Source of the DNA: a bacterium
Lineage (GTDB): Bacteria; UBA8248
Assembly: GCA_965221165.1 (NCBI GenBank)
Contig: CBDCRP010000003.1
Coordinates: 960,001-1,024,000 of the forward strand
Direction: 5' to 3'
Length of the DNA: 64,000 bases
In this document: in pieces, positions 1 through 9,643 of the stretch
How positions within the stretch are numbered: the first letter of the stretch is position 1
Layout: each line of letters starts with the position of its first letter
Notes under the pieces: model-generated
Told to the model about the DNA's origin: nothing
What the model saw: the letters and a program-made list of their open reading frames with translations, nothing else
Database searches by the model: none
Translations under genes and position numbers: made by a program

Positions 1-148
1 ACGTAACGTAGCCGCCCAGCATCAAAAACGTGCCGTGCAGGACGTTTAAGATGTTCATCACGCCCCAGACGAGCGAGAAACCGACCGCGATGCAGGCGTA
101 TATGCCCCCAAGTAGAATGCTGTTAATCAGAATTTGGGCATAAAGCAT
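1..148 (-). CDS. Branched-chain amino acid ABC transporter permease (LivH-like), runs off the window edge
   Basis: Manual translation from ATG at 148: MLYAQILINSILLGGIYACIAVGFSLVWGVMNILNVLHGTFLMLGGYV, matching the LivH N-terminal pattern. Absent from the ORF track. Confidence 0.85.
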   Translation of the reverse strand, partial: MLYAQILINSILLGGIYACIAVGFSLVWGVMNILNVLHGTFLMLGGYVT

Positions 149-169
149 ATGTTCTACCCGCGGCAGATG

Positions 170-1225
170 CTAGGTGATGATTTCCCATTCGCTCGAATAC
201 CGATCGAGTTGCGCCGCGCTGTATGGGTCCACGTGGTGGTCTCGTTCGGGAATCTCGACGTGTTTTTCCTCCCCGCATAAGGCGGTGGTGAAATAACGCT
301 GTCCCGTATCGTTGATGTTCGTGACGATGTTGAGCAGTTCCGGGTGCCTATGGGCCAGCTTGATGGCGGCCATCACGTTGCAGCCCGAGGAGATGCCGCA
401 GAAAATCCCCTCCTCGCGCGCCAGGCGTTGCGCCATTTCGACCGACTCATCCGTCGTCGTCGTCACGATACCTGAAAGCTGCGACAGATCGAGCGCCTTG
501 GGTACGAAACCATCCCCGATGCCCTCGATGCCGTGCGGCCCCCAGCCCCGCTGACTCAGGAGCGGACATTCCTGAGGCTCCACCGCGTAGAGCCTTACAT
601 CCGGGTTGTCCTCGCGCAGGAATTTCCCCACGCCGCTCACCCATCCGCCGGTTCCTTGCGACGCCACGACGGCGTCGACGCGCCCATCCAACTGCTCGAA
701 AATCTCGGGCCCCGTCGTGAGATAATGCGCCTCGTTGTTGTCTAAATTGTCGAATTGCGCGGGAACCCAGTATTTCTCGGGCGAAGCCGAGCGGATTTCT
801 TCGAGTTTCTCGAGTGCCAAGTCGACGTCGCTCTCCCCGCCCGGCGTAAACACCAAATCCGCCCCATAGGCGCGCATGAGCTTTTTGCGCTCATCGCTCA
901 TGCCCTCGGGCATGACGACGATGCAGGGGTAACCCTTGACCGCGGATACGAACGAACAGGCGATGCCTGCGTTGCCGGTGGAGCATTCAAGCACCGTCAT
1001 GCCCGCGGTCAGATCGCCACGTTCCTCCGCTTTCAAGAGCATGTTGAAGTAGATGCGATCCTTGAGGCTTCCCGAGGGTGAATACCACTCCAGCTTCGCG
1101 TAGACCTCGGGCTCCACATCCGCCGCCACCTTGTTCAAACGCACCAGAGGCGTGCCCCCGATGGCGTCGAAAATGTTTTCAGAATAGCGTCTGTAAGAAT
1201 CCCAAGCTCGTTTCCGAATAACCAT
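170..1225 (-). CDS. PLP-dependent cysteine synthase family protein, paralogue 1
   Basis: IGGTPLVRL, AKLEWYSPSGSLKDR (PLP lysine), STGNAG, GTGG, HGIEGIG, EGIFCGISSG. Confidence 0.93.
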   Translation of the reverse strand: MVIRKRAWDSYRRYSENIFDAIGGTPLVRLNKVAADVEPEVYAKLEWYSPSGSLKDRIYFNMLLKAEERGDLTAGMTVLECSTGNAGIACSFVSAVKGYPCIVVMPEGMSDERKKLMRAYGADLVFTPGGESDVDLALEKLEEIRSASPEKYWVPAQFDNLDNNEAHYLTTGPEIFEQLDGRVDAVVASQGTGGWVSGVGKFLREDNPDVRLYAVEPQECPLLSQRGWGPHGIEGIGDGFVPKALDLSQLSGIVTTTTDESVEMAQRLAREEGIFCGISSGCNVMAAIKLAHRHPELLNIVTNINDTGQRYFTTALCGEEKHVEIPERDHHVDPYSAAQLDRYSSEWEIIT

Positions 1226-1255
1226 TTCTTACGCCTTAATAAGAAGGGAAATACC

Positions 1256-2308
1256 TTATTCGATGATCTCCCATGAGGCCCTGAACTTTTGGAGCATCAT
1301 CTCCCTGTCCCCCTCGACGACTTCCTGTAGCGCCGCCTCCATACCCGATTCGTCATGGCAAAGAGGGGTGGAAAAATAGCGCTGCCCCGAGTCTCCGAAA
1401 ATGGTGACGATTCGACCGGCTTCGGGATAAGAGCGCGCGAACTTTATCGCCGCCGCCAAGTTGCAGCCCGAAGATATTCCGCAGAAAAGACCCTCTTCGC
1501 GTGAAGCGCGCCTCGCCATGCGGAGCGACTCTTCCGTCGAGGCTGTGATGATGCCGTCGATGATGGACAAATCCAGAATGTTGGGGATCAGACCATCACC
1601 GATACCCGCGATGCCGTGCCCACAGCAGATTCCCTCGCTGATCAGGGGTGATTCCGTCGGCTCCACGCCGTAGATTTTGAGTTTCGGGTTTTTCTCCCTC
1701 AAAAACCGCCCCACTCCCGTGAGCCAGCCACCCGTGCCCACCGCCGCAACGAGCGCATCCACGCGGCCGTCGAGTTGCTCCCAGATTTCAGGACCCGAGG
1801 TTGTGTAGTGCGTATCCACATTGTCCATATTCTCGAATTCGGCGGGAACCCAGTATTTCTCGGGGTCGCTCGCGGCTATCTCCTTCATGCGCTCGAGCGC
1901 GACGTCCACGTCGCTCTCTCCGCCCGGCGTCGTAATGAGTTCGGCACCGAAGGCGCGAATCATTTTTTTGCGCTCAGGGCTCATCAACTCCGGCATGACG
2001 ATGATGCACGCATACCCCCTGACCGCGGCCGCCGCCGCGCAGGCGATGCCCGCATTGCCGGATGAGCATTCCAGAATCACCTTGCCGGGCGTCAACTCCC
2101 CCCGCTCCTCGGCGCGTGAGATCATCTGTTCATAAATACGATCCTTCAAGCTGCCCGTGGGGGAAAACCATTCGATTTTGGCGAAAATATCCGGGCGCAG
2201 TCCCCTTGCCACCCGATTGAGTTTCACCAGCGGGGTACAGCCAACGGCGTCGAAGATCGTCTCGGAAACCGAGGACAAACTATCCCACGCTTGCGATGTC
2301 GCTTGCAT
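1256..2308 (-). CDS. PLP-dependent cysteine synthase family protein, paralogue 2
   Basis: VGCTPLVKL, SPTGSLKDR, SSGNAG, VGTGG, EGLFCGISSG. Colinear with the adjacent paralogue. Confidence 0.93.
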   Translation of the reverse strand: MQATSQAWDSLSSVSETIFDAVGCTPLVKLNRVARGLRPDIFAKIEWFSPTGSLKDRIYEQMISRAEERGELTPGKVILECSSGNAGIACAAAAAVRGYACIIVMPELMSPERKKMIRAFGAELITTPGGESDVDVALERMKEIAASDPEKYWVPAEFENMDNVDTHYTTSGPEIWEQLDGRVDALVAAVGTGGWLTGVGRFLREKNPKLKIYGVEPTESPLISEGICCGHGIAGIGDGLIPNILDLSIIDGIITASTEESLRMARRASREEGLFCGISSGCNLAAAIKFARSYPEAGRIVTIFGDSGQRYFSTPLCHDESGMEAALQEVVEGDREMMLQKFRASWEIIE

Positions 2309-2346
2309 TTCTCTACTCCCGTGCGGCGGCGTATGACTCCCTCACC

Positions 2347-3303
2347 CTAACCCGCTCTCAGACGAGGGATAATTTCTTTCGCCACGATTTCAACCTGTTC
2401 CATCTCATATTTATAGGGAACGAAAATGAGCCGGTTCACCCCGGTGTCGATGTGGGCCTGTAGCTGCGCCACGCACTCATCGACATTCCCCATCACGGCG
2501 CTCTCGGCCGTGGATTCACTCCAGGAAGCATAGTCCCACTCCGTGTGGAGCCATTCGTTCATCGGACCCTCGATTTCAGCGCGCGAATCGCCCACCATGA
2601 CGGGAAGCTGGTTCGTGCTCTCGAGCGCGGCGGGGTCGCGCCCCGCCTCCTCCGCAAAGCGGCATACCTTCTCCCAGGACTGCGTGAAGCTCTCCGGCGT
2701 ATAAAAATATGTGAGCCAGCCGTCGCCTTTTTCTCCGGCGCGCTTGAGCACGCGGTCGACGTAGCCCCCGATGAGAATGCCCGGCCTCGGGCTTTGCACG
2801 GGCTTGGGGAACATGACGGAATTTCTGAGGTTGTACTGCCCATATTCCGCGCGCACCATATCCTCGGTCCACAGCCTTGTGATGATTTCGATGTTCTGAT
2901 CCATGATGTTGCCGCGCTTCTCGAAGGGAACGCCCACGGCATCGAACTCGCGCTTGTACCAGCCCGACGCCATGCCCACGATGAGGCGGCCATTCGATAT
3001 CTGATCGATGCTCGAAAGCTGTTTCGCCAGGACGAGCGGATTCCTGAGCGGCAAGACGAGCACGCCCGTGCCGAGTTTGATTCTGCTCGTCCGCGCGGCC
3101 ACCGCCGTCAGAAGCGTCAACGACTCGATGATGGGGAAGTGCGGCTCCACGCCCAGCAGAATATGGTCCCACACCCACAGGGACTCGAAACCCAGCTCCT
3201 CCATGGCGACGCCGTATTCGATGAGCGCCGCCGGGTCGGGGAGTTCGGGATAAGCGGTGAAATTCCGCATGGCGATTCCGTATTTGACGTCTTTTCCTGA
3301 CAT
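2347..3303 (-). CDS. LLM (luciferase-like) flavin-dependent oxidoreductase
   Basis: GFESLWVWDH, RTSRIKLGTGVLVLPLRNP, SNGRLIVG, PKPVQ, GDGW. Confidence 0.92.
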   Translation of the reverse strand: MSGKDVKYGIAMRNFTAYPELPDPAALIEYGVAMEELGFESLWVWDHILLGVEPHFPIIESLTLLTAVAARTSRIKLGTGVLVLPLRNPLVLAKQLSSIDQISNGRLIVGMASGWYKREFDAVGVPFEKRGNIMDQNIEIITRLWTEDMVRAEYGQYNLRNSVMFPKPVQSPRPGILIGGYVDRVLKRAGEKGDGWLTYFYTPESFTQSWEKVCRFAEEAGRDPAALESTNQLPVMVGDSRAEIEGPMNEWLHTEWDYASWSESTAESAVMGNVDECVAQLQAHIDTGVNRLIFVPYKYEMEQVEIVAKEIIPRLRAG

Positions 3304-3318
3304 GTAGGTTTCCTCGCT

Positions 3319-4584
3319 TTATTCCGCCCCGCACCAATCCAGGATGGAGAGCGCCAGTGTTTTCGTCGCGTCGATCACGTCCTCCACCGCCACCCATTCG
3401 TTGTTCGCGTGCATCTGGGTGGTGGGGCCCGGGCCGAAAATCACCGTCGGGATGCCGAAGCCGTTCAAAAAGCGCGTATCGGCCGCTCCCTGACGTCCGG
3501 ATATTTCAGGCGTTCCGCCCGATATTTCCTGATAGGCGTTCGCCACCGTCTTGACGATTGCGTGGTCGGCATCGACCGCGGCCGATTCGGCGTAATACCC
3601 CACGAAACGAACTTCGGGCGGATGATCCTTCATCCAAGGGTCATCTTGCGCAGCCTGCACCACCTGATCGACCAGGCTCTGCTTGGCCGCGTCGTGATCC
3701 TCGCCGGGCACGGTGGCGAGACTCCCCTTGAGCACGCAGGTATCCGGGAAAGCGCTCGGAAAACTCCCGGCCTCCATGGAGCCGACCATGCAGGGAATCG
3801 CATCGATAATTTTGGGATACAGCGGATGGGATACCGTCTCCAGGCGTTTTTTCTCGAGATCGGCCACCGCCTGGACGATCTTGTAGCCCAGGTCGATGGC
3901 GTTCACGCCCTCATACCTTCGCTGGATGCCCGCCGCCTTTCCCCTCACGAGTATCTCGAACCATATTCTGCCGATGCAGCCGGGCTGGACGGCGTTTCCG
4001 CTCGTCTCGCAGCAAATCCCCGCATCCGCCGTATAGCCCCGCAAAATGGTGTCGAGCGTGCCGTGGCCGCTCAACTCCTCATCCACGACGAAATCGAGAA
4101 TAACGTCTCCCCTGGGCCTGAGCCCCGCCGCCATGAAGCATTTGGCCGCCATCATGATGGCCGCCACTCCGCTTTTCATGTCCGAGGCGCCGCGCCCGTA
4201 CAGACGGCCGTCCTCGATGTCCGCAGAGAGCGGCCCATGCTCCCAGGCGTCGTCCGGGCCGTTCGGGACGGTATCGGTGTGGCCGTTCAGCAGAAGCGAT
4301 TTGCCCCCGCCCGAACCCTCGATCACGGCGACCACGTTCGGCCTCCCCTCATAACCCCTGGTGACGGGCACGTATTCGGGGTGTTTTTTGAGTTCCTCCC
4401 AGTCCGACTCCCAGACGTCCACCTCGACGTTCATCTCGCGAAGGAAATCCGCGATGTAGCCTTGAATCTCTTCCTCATCCCCCGTCACGCTCGGTATCTG
4501 AACGAGCTTGGCGAGCAAGGCGATTATCTCATCCCTGTGGGCGTCGACCTGGGCTAAAATTTTCTCTCTGTTCTCAGCGCTCAT
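3319..4584 (-). CDS. ArgE/DapE-family (M20) deacylase
   Basis: LLNGHTDTVP, YGRGASDMKSG, VDEE, FGPG...MH metal ligands. Confidence 0.92.
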   Translation of the reverse strand: MSAENREKILAQVDAHRDEIIALLAKLVQIPSVTGDEEEIQGYIADFLREMNVEVDVWESDWEELKKHPEYVPVTRGYEGRPNVVAVIEGSGGGKSLLLNGHTDTVPNGPDDAWEHGPLSADIEDGRLYGRGASDMKSGVAAIMMAAKCFMAAGLRPRGDVILDFVVDEELSGHGTLDTILRGYTADAGICCETSGNAVQPGCIGRIWFEILVRGKAAGIQRRYEGVNAIDLGYKIVQAVADLEKKRLETVSHPLYPKIIDAIPCMVGSMEAGSFPSAFPDTCVLKGSLATVPGEDHDAAKQSLVDQVVQAAQDDPWMKDHPPEVRFVGYYAESAAVDADHAIVKTVANAYQEISGGTPEISGRQGAADTRFLNGFGIPTVIFGPGPTTQMHANNEWVAVEDVIDATKTLALSILDWCGAE

Positions 4585-4599
4585 GGCGGCTCCATGTGT

Positions 4600-5373
4600 T
4601 CATGCGGTGTAGATCTTCTCCGGGTCCAGATGGCGAAGCGCGGCCAATTCTTCCGCCGTAGGCGGTTCCGTGGTCGAAACGGAGGAGTCGATGAGGAGTT
4701 CGAAGCCCGTGTTCTCCTGCGCCTGCTCCGGTGTGACGCCGGGGTGTAAGGCCTCGACGCGCATCCGGCCCGTCTCGTCGTCGAATCCCAGAATCGCCAG
4801 GTCGGTCACCACGCGGTACATGCCGCCGGCTATCAGGCCCGAATCGCGCCTCGAGGTCCCGCCCCTGATGTAGCCGGGGCTGGTGATGAAATCCACGTTT
4901 TCCACGAAACGGCGCTTTTCCTGCGGCATCGCCACGATCATCCTGGTGAGGCTCGAAATGTCGTTCCCCCCGCCCGTGCCGGGCAGCCGCACGGACGGAT
5001 CATCGGCGCTTCCGATGAAGGAGCTGTTCAAGTTGCCGTACTGATCGATCTGGGCGCCCCCCATGAAGCCCACGTCCACATAGCCGCGCTGAAGCAGGAG
5101 CAAGACCTCGGTGATGCTCACCAGCATGTTCGCCTTGCGCGTGCAGCGCTGCTCGTTCGTGGTGGGCGGAAGCTGGCCGGGCACGACGTGCGGGCCGATG
5201 GTGCCGCCCTCGAAAAGAATCGTCACGCCCGGGGCATGGAGGCGCTGTGCCAGCGTGGCGGCCAGCAGCGGAATCCCCACGCCCGCGAAAACAACCTGCC
5301 CGTCCTCGAGCGCGCGGGCGCTCATGACGCACAAAAGCTCCGACGCCGTGAAGTCTTTCGTCTCAGTCGTCAT
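4600..5373 (-). CDS. CoA-transferase beta subunit (GctB-like)
   Basis: VFAGVGIP, ILFEGG (catalytic Glu position), GGAQIDQYGNLN, RLPGTGGGND. Start set at ATG 5373, overlapping the alpha-subunit end. Confidence 0.9.
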   Translation of the reverse strand: MTTETKDFTASELLCVMSARALEDGQVVFAGVGIPLLAATLAQRLHAPGVTILFEGGTIGPHVVPGQLPPTTNEQRCTRKANMLVSITEVLLLLQRGYVDVGFMGGAQIDQYGNLNSSFIGSADDPSVRLPGTGGGNDISSLTRMIVAMPQEKRRFVENVDFITSPGYIRGGTSRRDSGLIAGGMYRVVTDLAILGFDDETGRMRVEALHPGVTPEQAQENTGFELLIDSSVSTTEPPTAEELAALRHLDPEKIYTA

Positions 5374-6331
5374 AAATGCTCCTCCCCCTGCGGGCCGCAT
5401 CCAAAAGCTTCTCCAGACCGATGAGTTCGAGATACTCCGTCCAGTTCTTCGGCGCGTAGAAGTACTCGTCCAGATACGCCTTCACTCCCTCCATCGGTTC
5501 TTTCCTCGTGAGTTCCGCATAATAGTCCATATGGGAAAACAAGGGTTCATATACGCCGTAGCATTCGTGCGGCGCGCAGCCATAGGGCGCCTCCACCACG
5601 GCATCGACGGTGAAAAAAGGGATTTTCGTCTGGTCTGGCGCTCTTCTAATCTGATCGTTCGAGATGATGCGCTCGGTGGTGATGATAACGCGGTTCGCCG
5701 CCATCGCCATGTCGATATCCATGAACATCAGGCCGTCTAGTTGCGCGTTGCCGTAAGCGTCGCATCGCTGGGCGTGAATCAGGGCGACGTCGGGATTCAG
5801 GGCCGGGACCAGGAGGATTTTCTCGCCCGTGAAGGGACACGTCATTTCCTCGATATTATCGAGCCGGCCCGCCACGTCCGATCCCATCATGGAGCGCATC
5901 GGCATGAACGGAACGCCCATGGCCCCCGCCCTGTAGCGCAGGCCGATGGACATATGGCTCCATTCCTCGAAACGGGCCAATCTGTTTTCGGTGAAATGCC
6001 GCATCACGCGCGAGACGCCCCAGACGATTCCCTGGCTGAACCAACTCGTGAGAATGTGATTCCCCAGCCCCGAGGCGAAGATGAGGTCGCCCTCGGTGGA
6101 GACGATGCTCCGCGAGAAGGACAGGTTCTTCTTCCTCGCGCGGATCAACGCCCATATCATGGCGAAGGGGGTTCTCGAAGCCGTGGAGCCGCCCAGGCTG
6201 ACGTGCTCGCCGTCGCTCACGAAATCACAAGCCTCCTCGAGCGTCATCACCTTGTCTCTCAGGCTGCGATCCCGCGCCTGGGTTTGCTCCCTGAGTGAAA
6301 GATAATCTTGCGTCACGCTTTTCTCCATCAT
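5363..6331 (-). CDS. CoA-transferase alpha subunit (GctA-like)
   Basis: AGAMGVPFMP, CPFTGE, PALNPDVALIHAQRCDAYGN, VDAVVEAPYG. Confidence 0.9.
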   Translation of the reverse strand: MMEKSVTQDYLSLREQTQARDRSLRDKVMTLEEACDFVSDGEHVSLGGSTASRTPFAMIWALIRARKKNLSFSRSIVSTEGDLIFASGLGNHILTSWFSQGIVWGVSRVMRHFTENRLARFEEWSHMSIGLRYRAGAMGVPFMPMRSMMGSDVAGRLDNIEEMTCPFTGEKILLVPALNPDVALIHAQRCDAYGNAQLDGLMFMDIDMAMAANRVIITTERIISNDQIRRAPDQTKIPFFTVDAVVEAPYGCAPHECYGVYEPLFSHMDYYAELTRKEPMEGVKAYLDEYFYAPKNWTEYLELIGLEKLLDAARRGRSIYDD

Positions 6332-6465
6332 ACGGAAGGCGAGGATTTCCCTTGCTCACAACGCCCTGAAATCCTCATCTTGGCTTCTGAAAATACAGAT
6401 TTTCCCCTCGTGTAGATTAAACGCAAGACACCGGATTCGCAACGGGAAAAATGAGAATTAAAACC

Positions 6466-6480
6466 ATTGAATAATTTAAT
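6466..6480. promoter_or_regulatory. Candidate LysR T-N11-A binding box in the divergent promoter region
   Basis: Imperfect palindrome ATTGAATAATTTAAT in the AT-rich gap between the CoA-transferase operon and the LysR gene. Confidence 0.35.
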
Positions 6481-6638
6481 GAATTTTGGGTATAATTTTC
6501 CGGTGCCCCGGAGCGTTGACTTCATTTTGTCTCGTTTTTAGGGTAATCCAGGGAAATCGGGAGCCGGAACGCCGTCTCTATATCATCAAAATACACAATG
6601 AGACAAGGGATCCACGCAAACGGTTTCGCGAGGTTTTC

Positions 6639-7535
6639 ATGTTGAATTTGAGGCAACTCGAATACTTCTATTATGTGGCGAAACACGAAGGCTTCACCCG
6701 CGCGGCGAGGCAACTGCCCTTCTCCATCCAGCAACCCGCCCTCAGCATCCGGGTGAAGGCGCTCGAAGAAGACCTTAAAGTGAAGCTCTACCAGATCGTC
6801 GGCCGCAAGTTTCAACTGACACCGAGCGGCGAGTATCTCTTAGACGCCGTAAAACCTTTTTTCGAGTCCCTCGAGACGGTCGAACGGCACCTGCGCGGAG
6901 AAACGCACGGGCGGCTCATCGTGGCGGAGGCCGCCCCCATGCTGATCCTGAAGGGCCACAGGGCCGCGCTCCTTCAATTTCGCGAACGCTACCCGGACGT
7001 CCAGATATCCGTGCTGGAGCGAAACTGGACGAATCTGCTGGAGCACGTCTCTGAAGGAGCGGTCGATTTCGCCTTCGGCTCGGCACCCGAGGCGCGGGGG
7101 AATTTCTCCTTCGAAGAGTGGACGGAGACGGACTATCTCCTCTTTTATCCCGAGGGGCACGTCGTTGCGAAAGGGGAGAAGATCACTCTCGAAAAGCTCG
7201 TGGCGCATCCTCTCATCCTTCTCGAACGCGGGACGGCGGACCGCCAGCACATCGAGCACACCTTCGAGAAGGAGAACTTGCCGAGCAACGTCGTTTTCGA
7301 GACATCCTCCTACACCCTGATCAACGAAGCCGTCCTGAACGGAGCCGGAATCGCCATCGTCAACGCACTCTGGCCCCGGCCCGAAACCAGAAGCGGGTGG
7401 CGTACCATCAACATATCCCATCTTTTCGGGAAAAAGCGCATCGGCCTGTTCCGGCGAAACGACATCTACCTTCCCCCCTACGCCAACGATTATCTCACCA
7501 TGCTGAGAGAAACTTTGATGACGCAAGAAATGTGA
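6639..7535 (+). CDS. LysR family transcriptional regulator
   Basis: MLNLRQLEYFYYVA...FTRAA...QPALS..VKALEEDL HTH plus substrate-binding domain. ATG 6639 follows GAGG. Confidence 0.93.
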   Translation: MLNLRQLEYFYYVAKHEGFTRAARQLPFSIQQPALSIRVKALEEDLKVKLYQIVGRKFQLTPSGEYLLDAVKPFFESLETVERHLRGETHGRLIVAEAAPMLILKGHRAALLQFRERYPDVQISVLERNWTNLLEHVSEGAVDFAFGSAPEARGNFSFEEWTETDYLLFYPEGHVVAKGEKITLEKLVAHPLILLERGTADRQHIEHTFEKENLPSNVVFETSSYTLINEAVLNGAGIAIVNALWPRPETRSGWRTINISHLFGKKRIGLFRRNDIYLPPYANDYLTMLRETLMTQEM

Positions 7536-7559
7536 CACGGCCTCGCTCCATGCGCACTT

Positions 7560-7588
7560 TTGACGCTCCTCCCCCCATTTGCCATGAT
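7560..7588 (+). promoter_or_regulatory. Sigma70-type promoter, probably giving a leaderless transcript of the UbiD gene
   Basis: TTGACG (7560-65), 17 bp spacer ending TGc, CATGAT (7583-88). ATG lies 6 nt downstream with no Shine-Dalgarno. Confidence 0.55.
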
Positions 7589-7594
7589 ACGCGC

Positions 7595-8923
7595 ATGAAT
7601 GCCCACGACCTCAAAGGCTGGCTTGCGCACCTCGAACGGGGGGGATTGGTCAAGCGCGTATCGCGCGGCGTTTCCCTGCGCCATGAACTCGCCGCTTTAT
7701 CGCAAAAAGCGGATGGCCAAACCGCTCTCATATTCGAGCGAACCGACGGCGCGCCGATGCCCATCGCCGCCAACATCGCCTGCAGGCGAGATTGGTACGC
7801 CGACGCCATGGGAGTGGTGCCCGGGGAATTGCTTCATGAGGTGCAGCGTAGACAGGAAATCAAGATAAAGCCCAACGTGGTTTCCGGTGCGCCGTTTCTC
7901 CACACGGTCATCACGAAAGAGATCGACGTTCAGAAAATTCTCCCCCTGCCCATCTACCATGAACTCGACGGCGGGCCCTACATTTCCGCCGGCGTCTTCA
8001 TCGCACAGGACCCCGATTCCGGGGCCGGCAACGTCTCGATTCACAGGATGCACGCCCTGGAACCCGACCTTTTCGGTCTGCTCGTCCTGCCGCGCCACCT
8101 GAAGGGGATGATAAGGCGCGCCGCCGAGCGCGGAGAACCCCTTAGAGCGGCTGTCTGCGTAGGATTAGATCCCCTGCTCCTGATGGCGAGCCAACTCGTG
8201 CTCGCCCCCGGAGAAGACGAACTAGAAGCGGCGGGCGGCTTGAGGGGCCGCGCCGTGGACGTCGCCCCCGCCCCCTGGTCGGGGATTCCCGTGCCGGCGG
8301 GCGCTGAAATCGTGATCGAGGGGGAGATTCCGCCCGACGAGCGCAGGCGGGAGGGTCCTTTCGGCGAGTTTCCGCGCTACTACAGCCCGGCGGGAGATCG
8401 GGAAGTCTTCCGGGTGAAATCCATCGCCATGCGCGAGAGCTCAGTTTTTTATTCCATCGTGGCGGCGGGGTATGACCATCTGCTGATGGGCGCCGTGCCC
8501 AGGGAGGCGGGACTCCTGCGAGACATCCAGAAGGCGGTTCCGTCCGTGACGGACGTCGTACTCCCCCTCTCCGGCGCGGGCCGTTTCCACTGCGTGATCC
8601 AAATGCGAAAAACAAACGAGGGGGAAGCGAAAAGCGCCCTCATGGCGGCGCTCGCCGCGCATTACGACGTCAAGCACGCCATCTGCGTGGATCACGACAT
8701 CGACATCCACAACCCGGCGCAGGTCGACTGGGCGCTGGCGACGCGCTTTCAGGCGGATAAGGATTTGTTCACCGTTCCCGGCGCCTGGGGCAGCCGCCTC
8801 GACCCCTCCGCCGAGGGCGGCGTCACGGCGAAGATGGGCCTGGACGCCACGGCCCCTCTGGGCGGGCTGGACGGCCATTTCCGCTCTCTCAAGATTCCAG
8901 GCGCCGAGGACGCGGAATTTTAG
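7595..8923 (+). CDS. UbiD family prFMN-dependent (de)carboxylase
   Basis: DGGPYISAG, SIHRM, AEIVIEG, EGPFGEF, VDHDID, WALATR, KMGLDAT. True start placed at 7595. Confidence 0.93.
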   Translation: MNAHDLKGWLAHLERGGLVKRVSRGVSLRHELAALSQKADGQTALIFERTDGAPMPIAANIACRRDWYADAMGVVPGELLHEVQRRQEIKIKPNVVSGAPFLHTVITKEIDVQKILPLPIYHELDGGPYISAGVFIAQDPDSGAGNVSIHRMHALEPDLFGLLVLPRHLKGMIRRAAERGEPLRAAVCVGLDPLLLMASQLVLAPGEDELEAAGGLRGRAVDVAPAPWSGIPVPAGAEIVIEGEIPPDERRREGPFGEFPRYYSPAGDREVFRVKSIAMRESSVFYSIVAAGYDHLLMGAVPREAGLLRDIQKAVPSVTDVVLPLSGAGRFHCVIQMRKTNEGEAKSALMAALAAHYDVKHAICVDHDIDIHNPAQVDWALATRFQADKDLFTVPGAWGSRLDPSAEGGVTAKMGLDATAPLGGLDGHFRSLKIPGAEDAEF

Positions 8924-9039
8924 ACGGCTCGACGCACTCCTCACCACGCAAGACGGCCAAACCTCCCCAATAGAGCATCAACGGGAAAATGTCATGCGCG
9001 GCTGCGCCCTTTTAGCTCGTGAAATCGGGAATGATGCAA

Positions 9040-9535
9040 GCAGGCACGGGGACTTGTCCATACGGCATCAATCTTGAGCGATGAGGGAGGTTTTTATTTT
9101 CTTGTAGGGGCGGACCCCTGTGCCTATCCGCATTTGTTTTAGGTTTTCAATGTAATGTAGGGGCCGCATATATGCGGCCCTTTTGTGGCTTTTGAAAAAG
9201 CCCCTTTGGGGTTGGCTTGCGGGTCGCATGTATGCAACCCCTACACCCCGAATATGCAATGATGGAATGCGTCGGACATATGGGGCCGCCCCTACAACCC
9301 CCCCCTCATAGCTGGGGCTTGATCCACTGCCGTCATTCCGGCGAAAGCCGGAATCCAAAAAGAGACGAGGTGCGCATATTGCGGCATTCCCATTTCTCGA
9401 TGTTCGGGTCGTAAATGACAGTATAAAAACGAAAGGCAAATGGATTCCGGCTTTCGCCGGAATGACGAACAAATCCGAACCACCTCGTATGGACAGGTCG
9501 CGGCCTCGGACAGGCACAGGGGCCTGTCCCTACAA
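9040..9535. repeat. Cluster of GTAG- and CGTC-tagged REP-like palindromes, including an inverted CGTC doublet
   Basis: GTAGGGGCCGCATATATGCGGCCC (~9157), GGGTCGCATGTATGCAACCCCTAC, CGTCATTCCGGCGAAAGCCGGAATCCA (~9331) with its inverse (~9441), GGACAGGCACAGGGGCCTGTCCCTAC. Confidence 0.85.
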
Positions 9536-9643
9536 TACGAAGAGCCGAAAAACCTCGCTTCCCACTCGGGTTTTGCCACTTGTCGTTGCCCCTACCCTGT
9601 TTCTCCTTTGCCGGATGGACGGCAGTGTCGGAGAGAAACCGCC

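Noticed and set aside
7118-7594. N-terminal extensions of the UbiD ORFs (also 11998..12552)
   Set aside because: They overlap the LysR and cyclase genes. Family-like sequence begins at the later ATGs.
9068-9579. Small ORFs across REP clusters (also 21360-21804, 37511-37900, 41257-42067, 48233-48624, 55686-56084)
   Set aside because: They are translations of palindromic repeats (VIPAxAGI, RGRIYAA-type motifs), not credible proteins.
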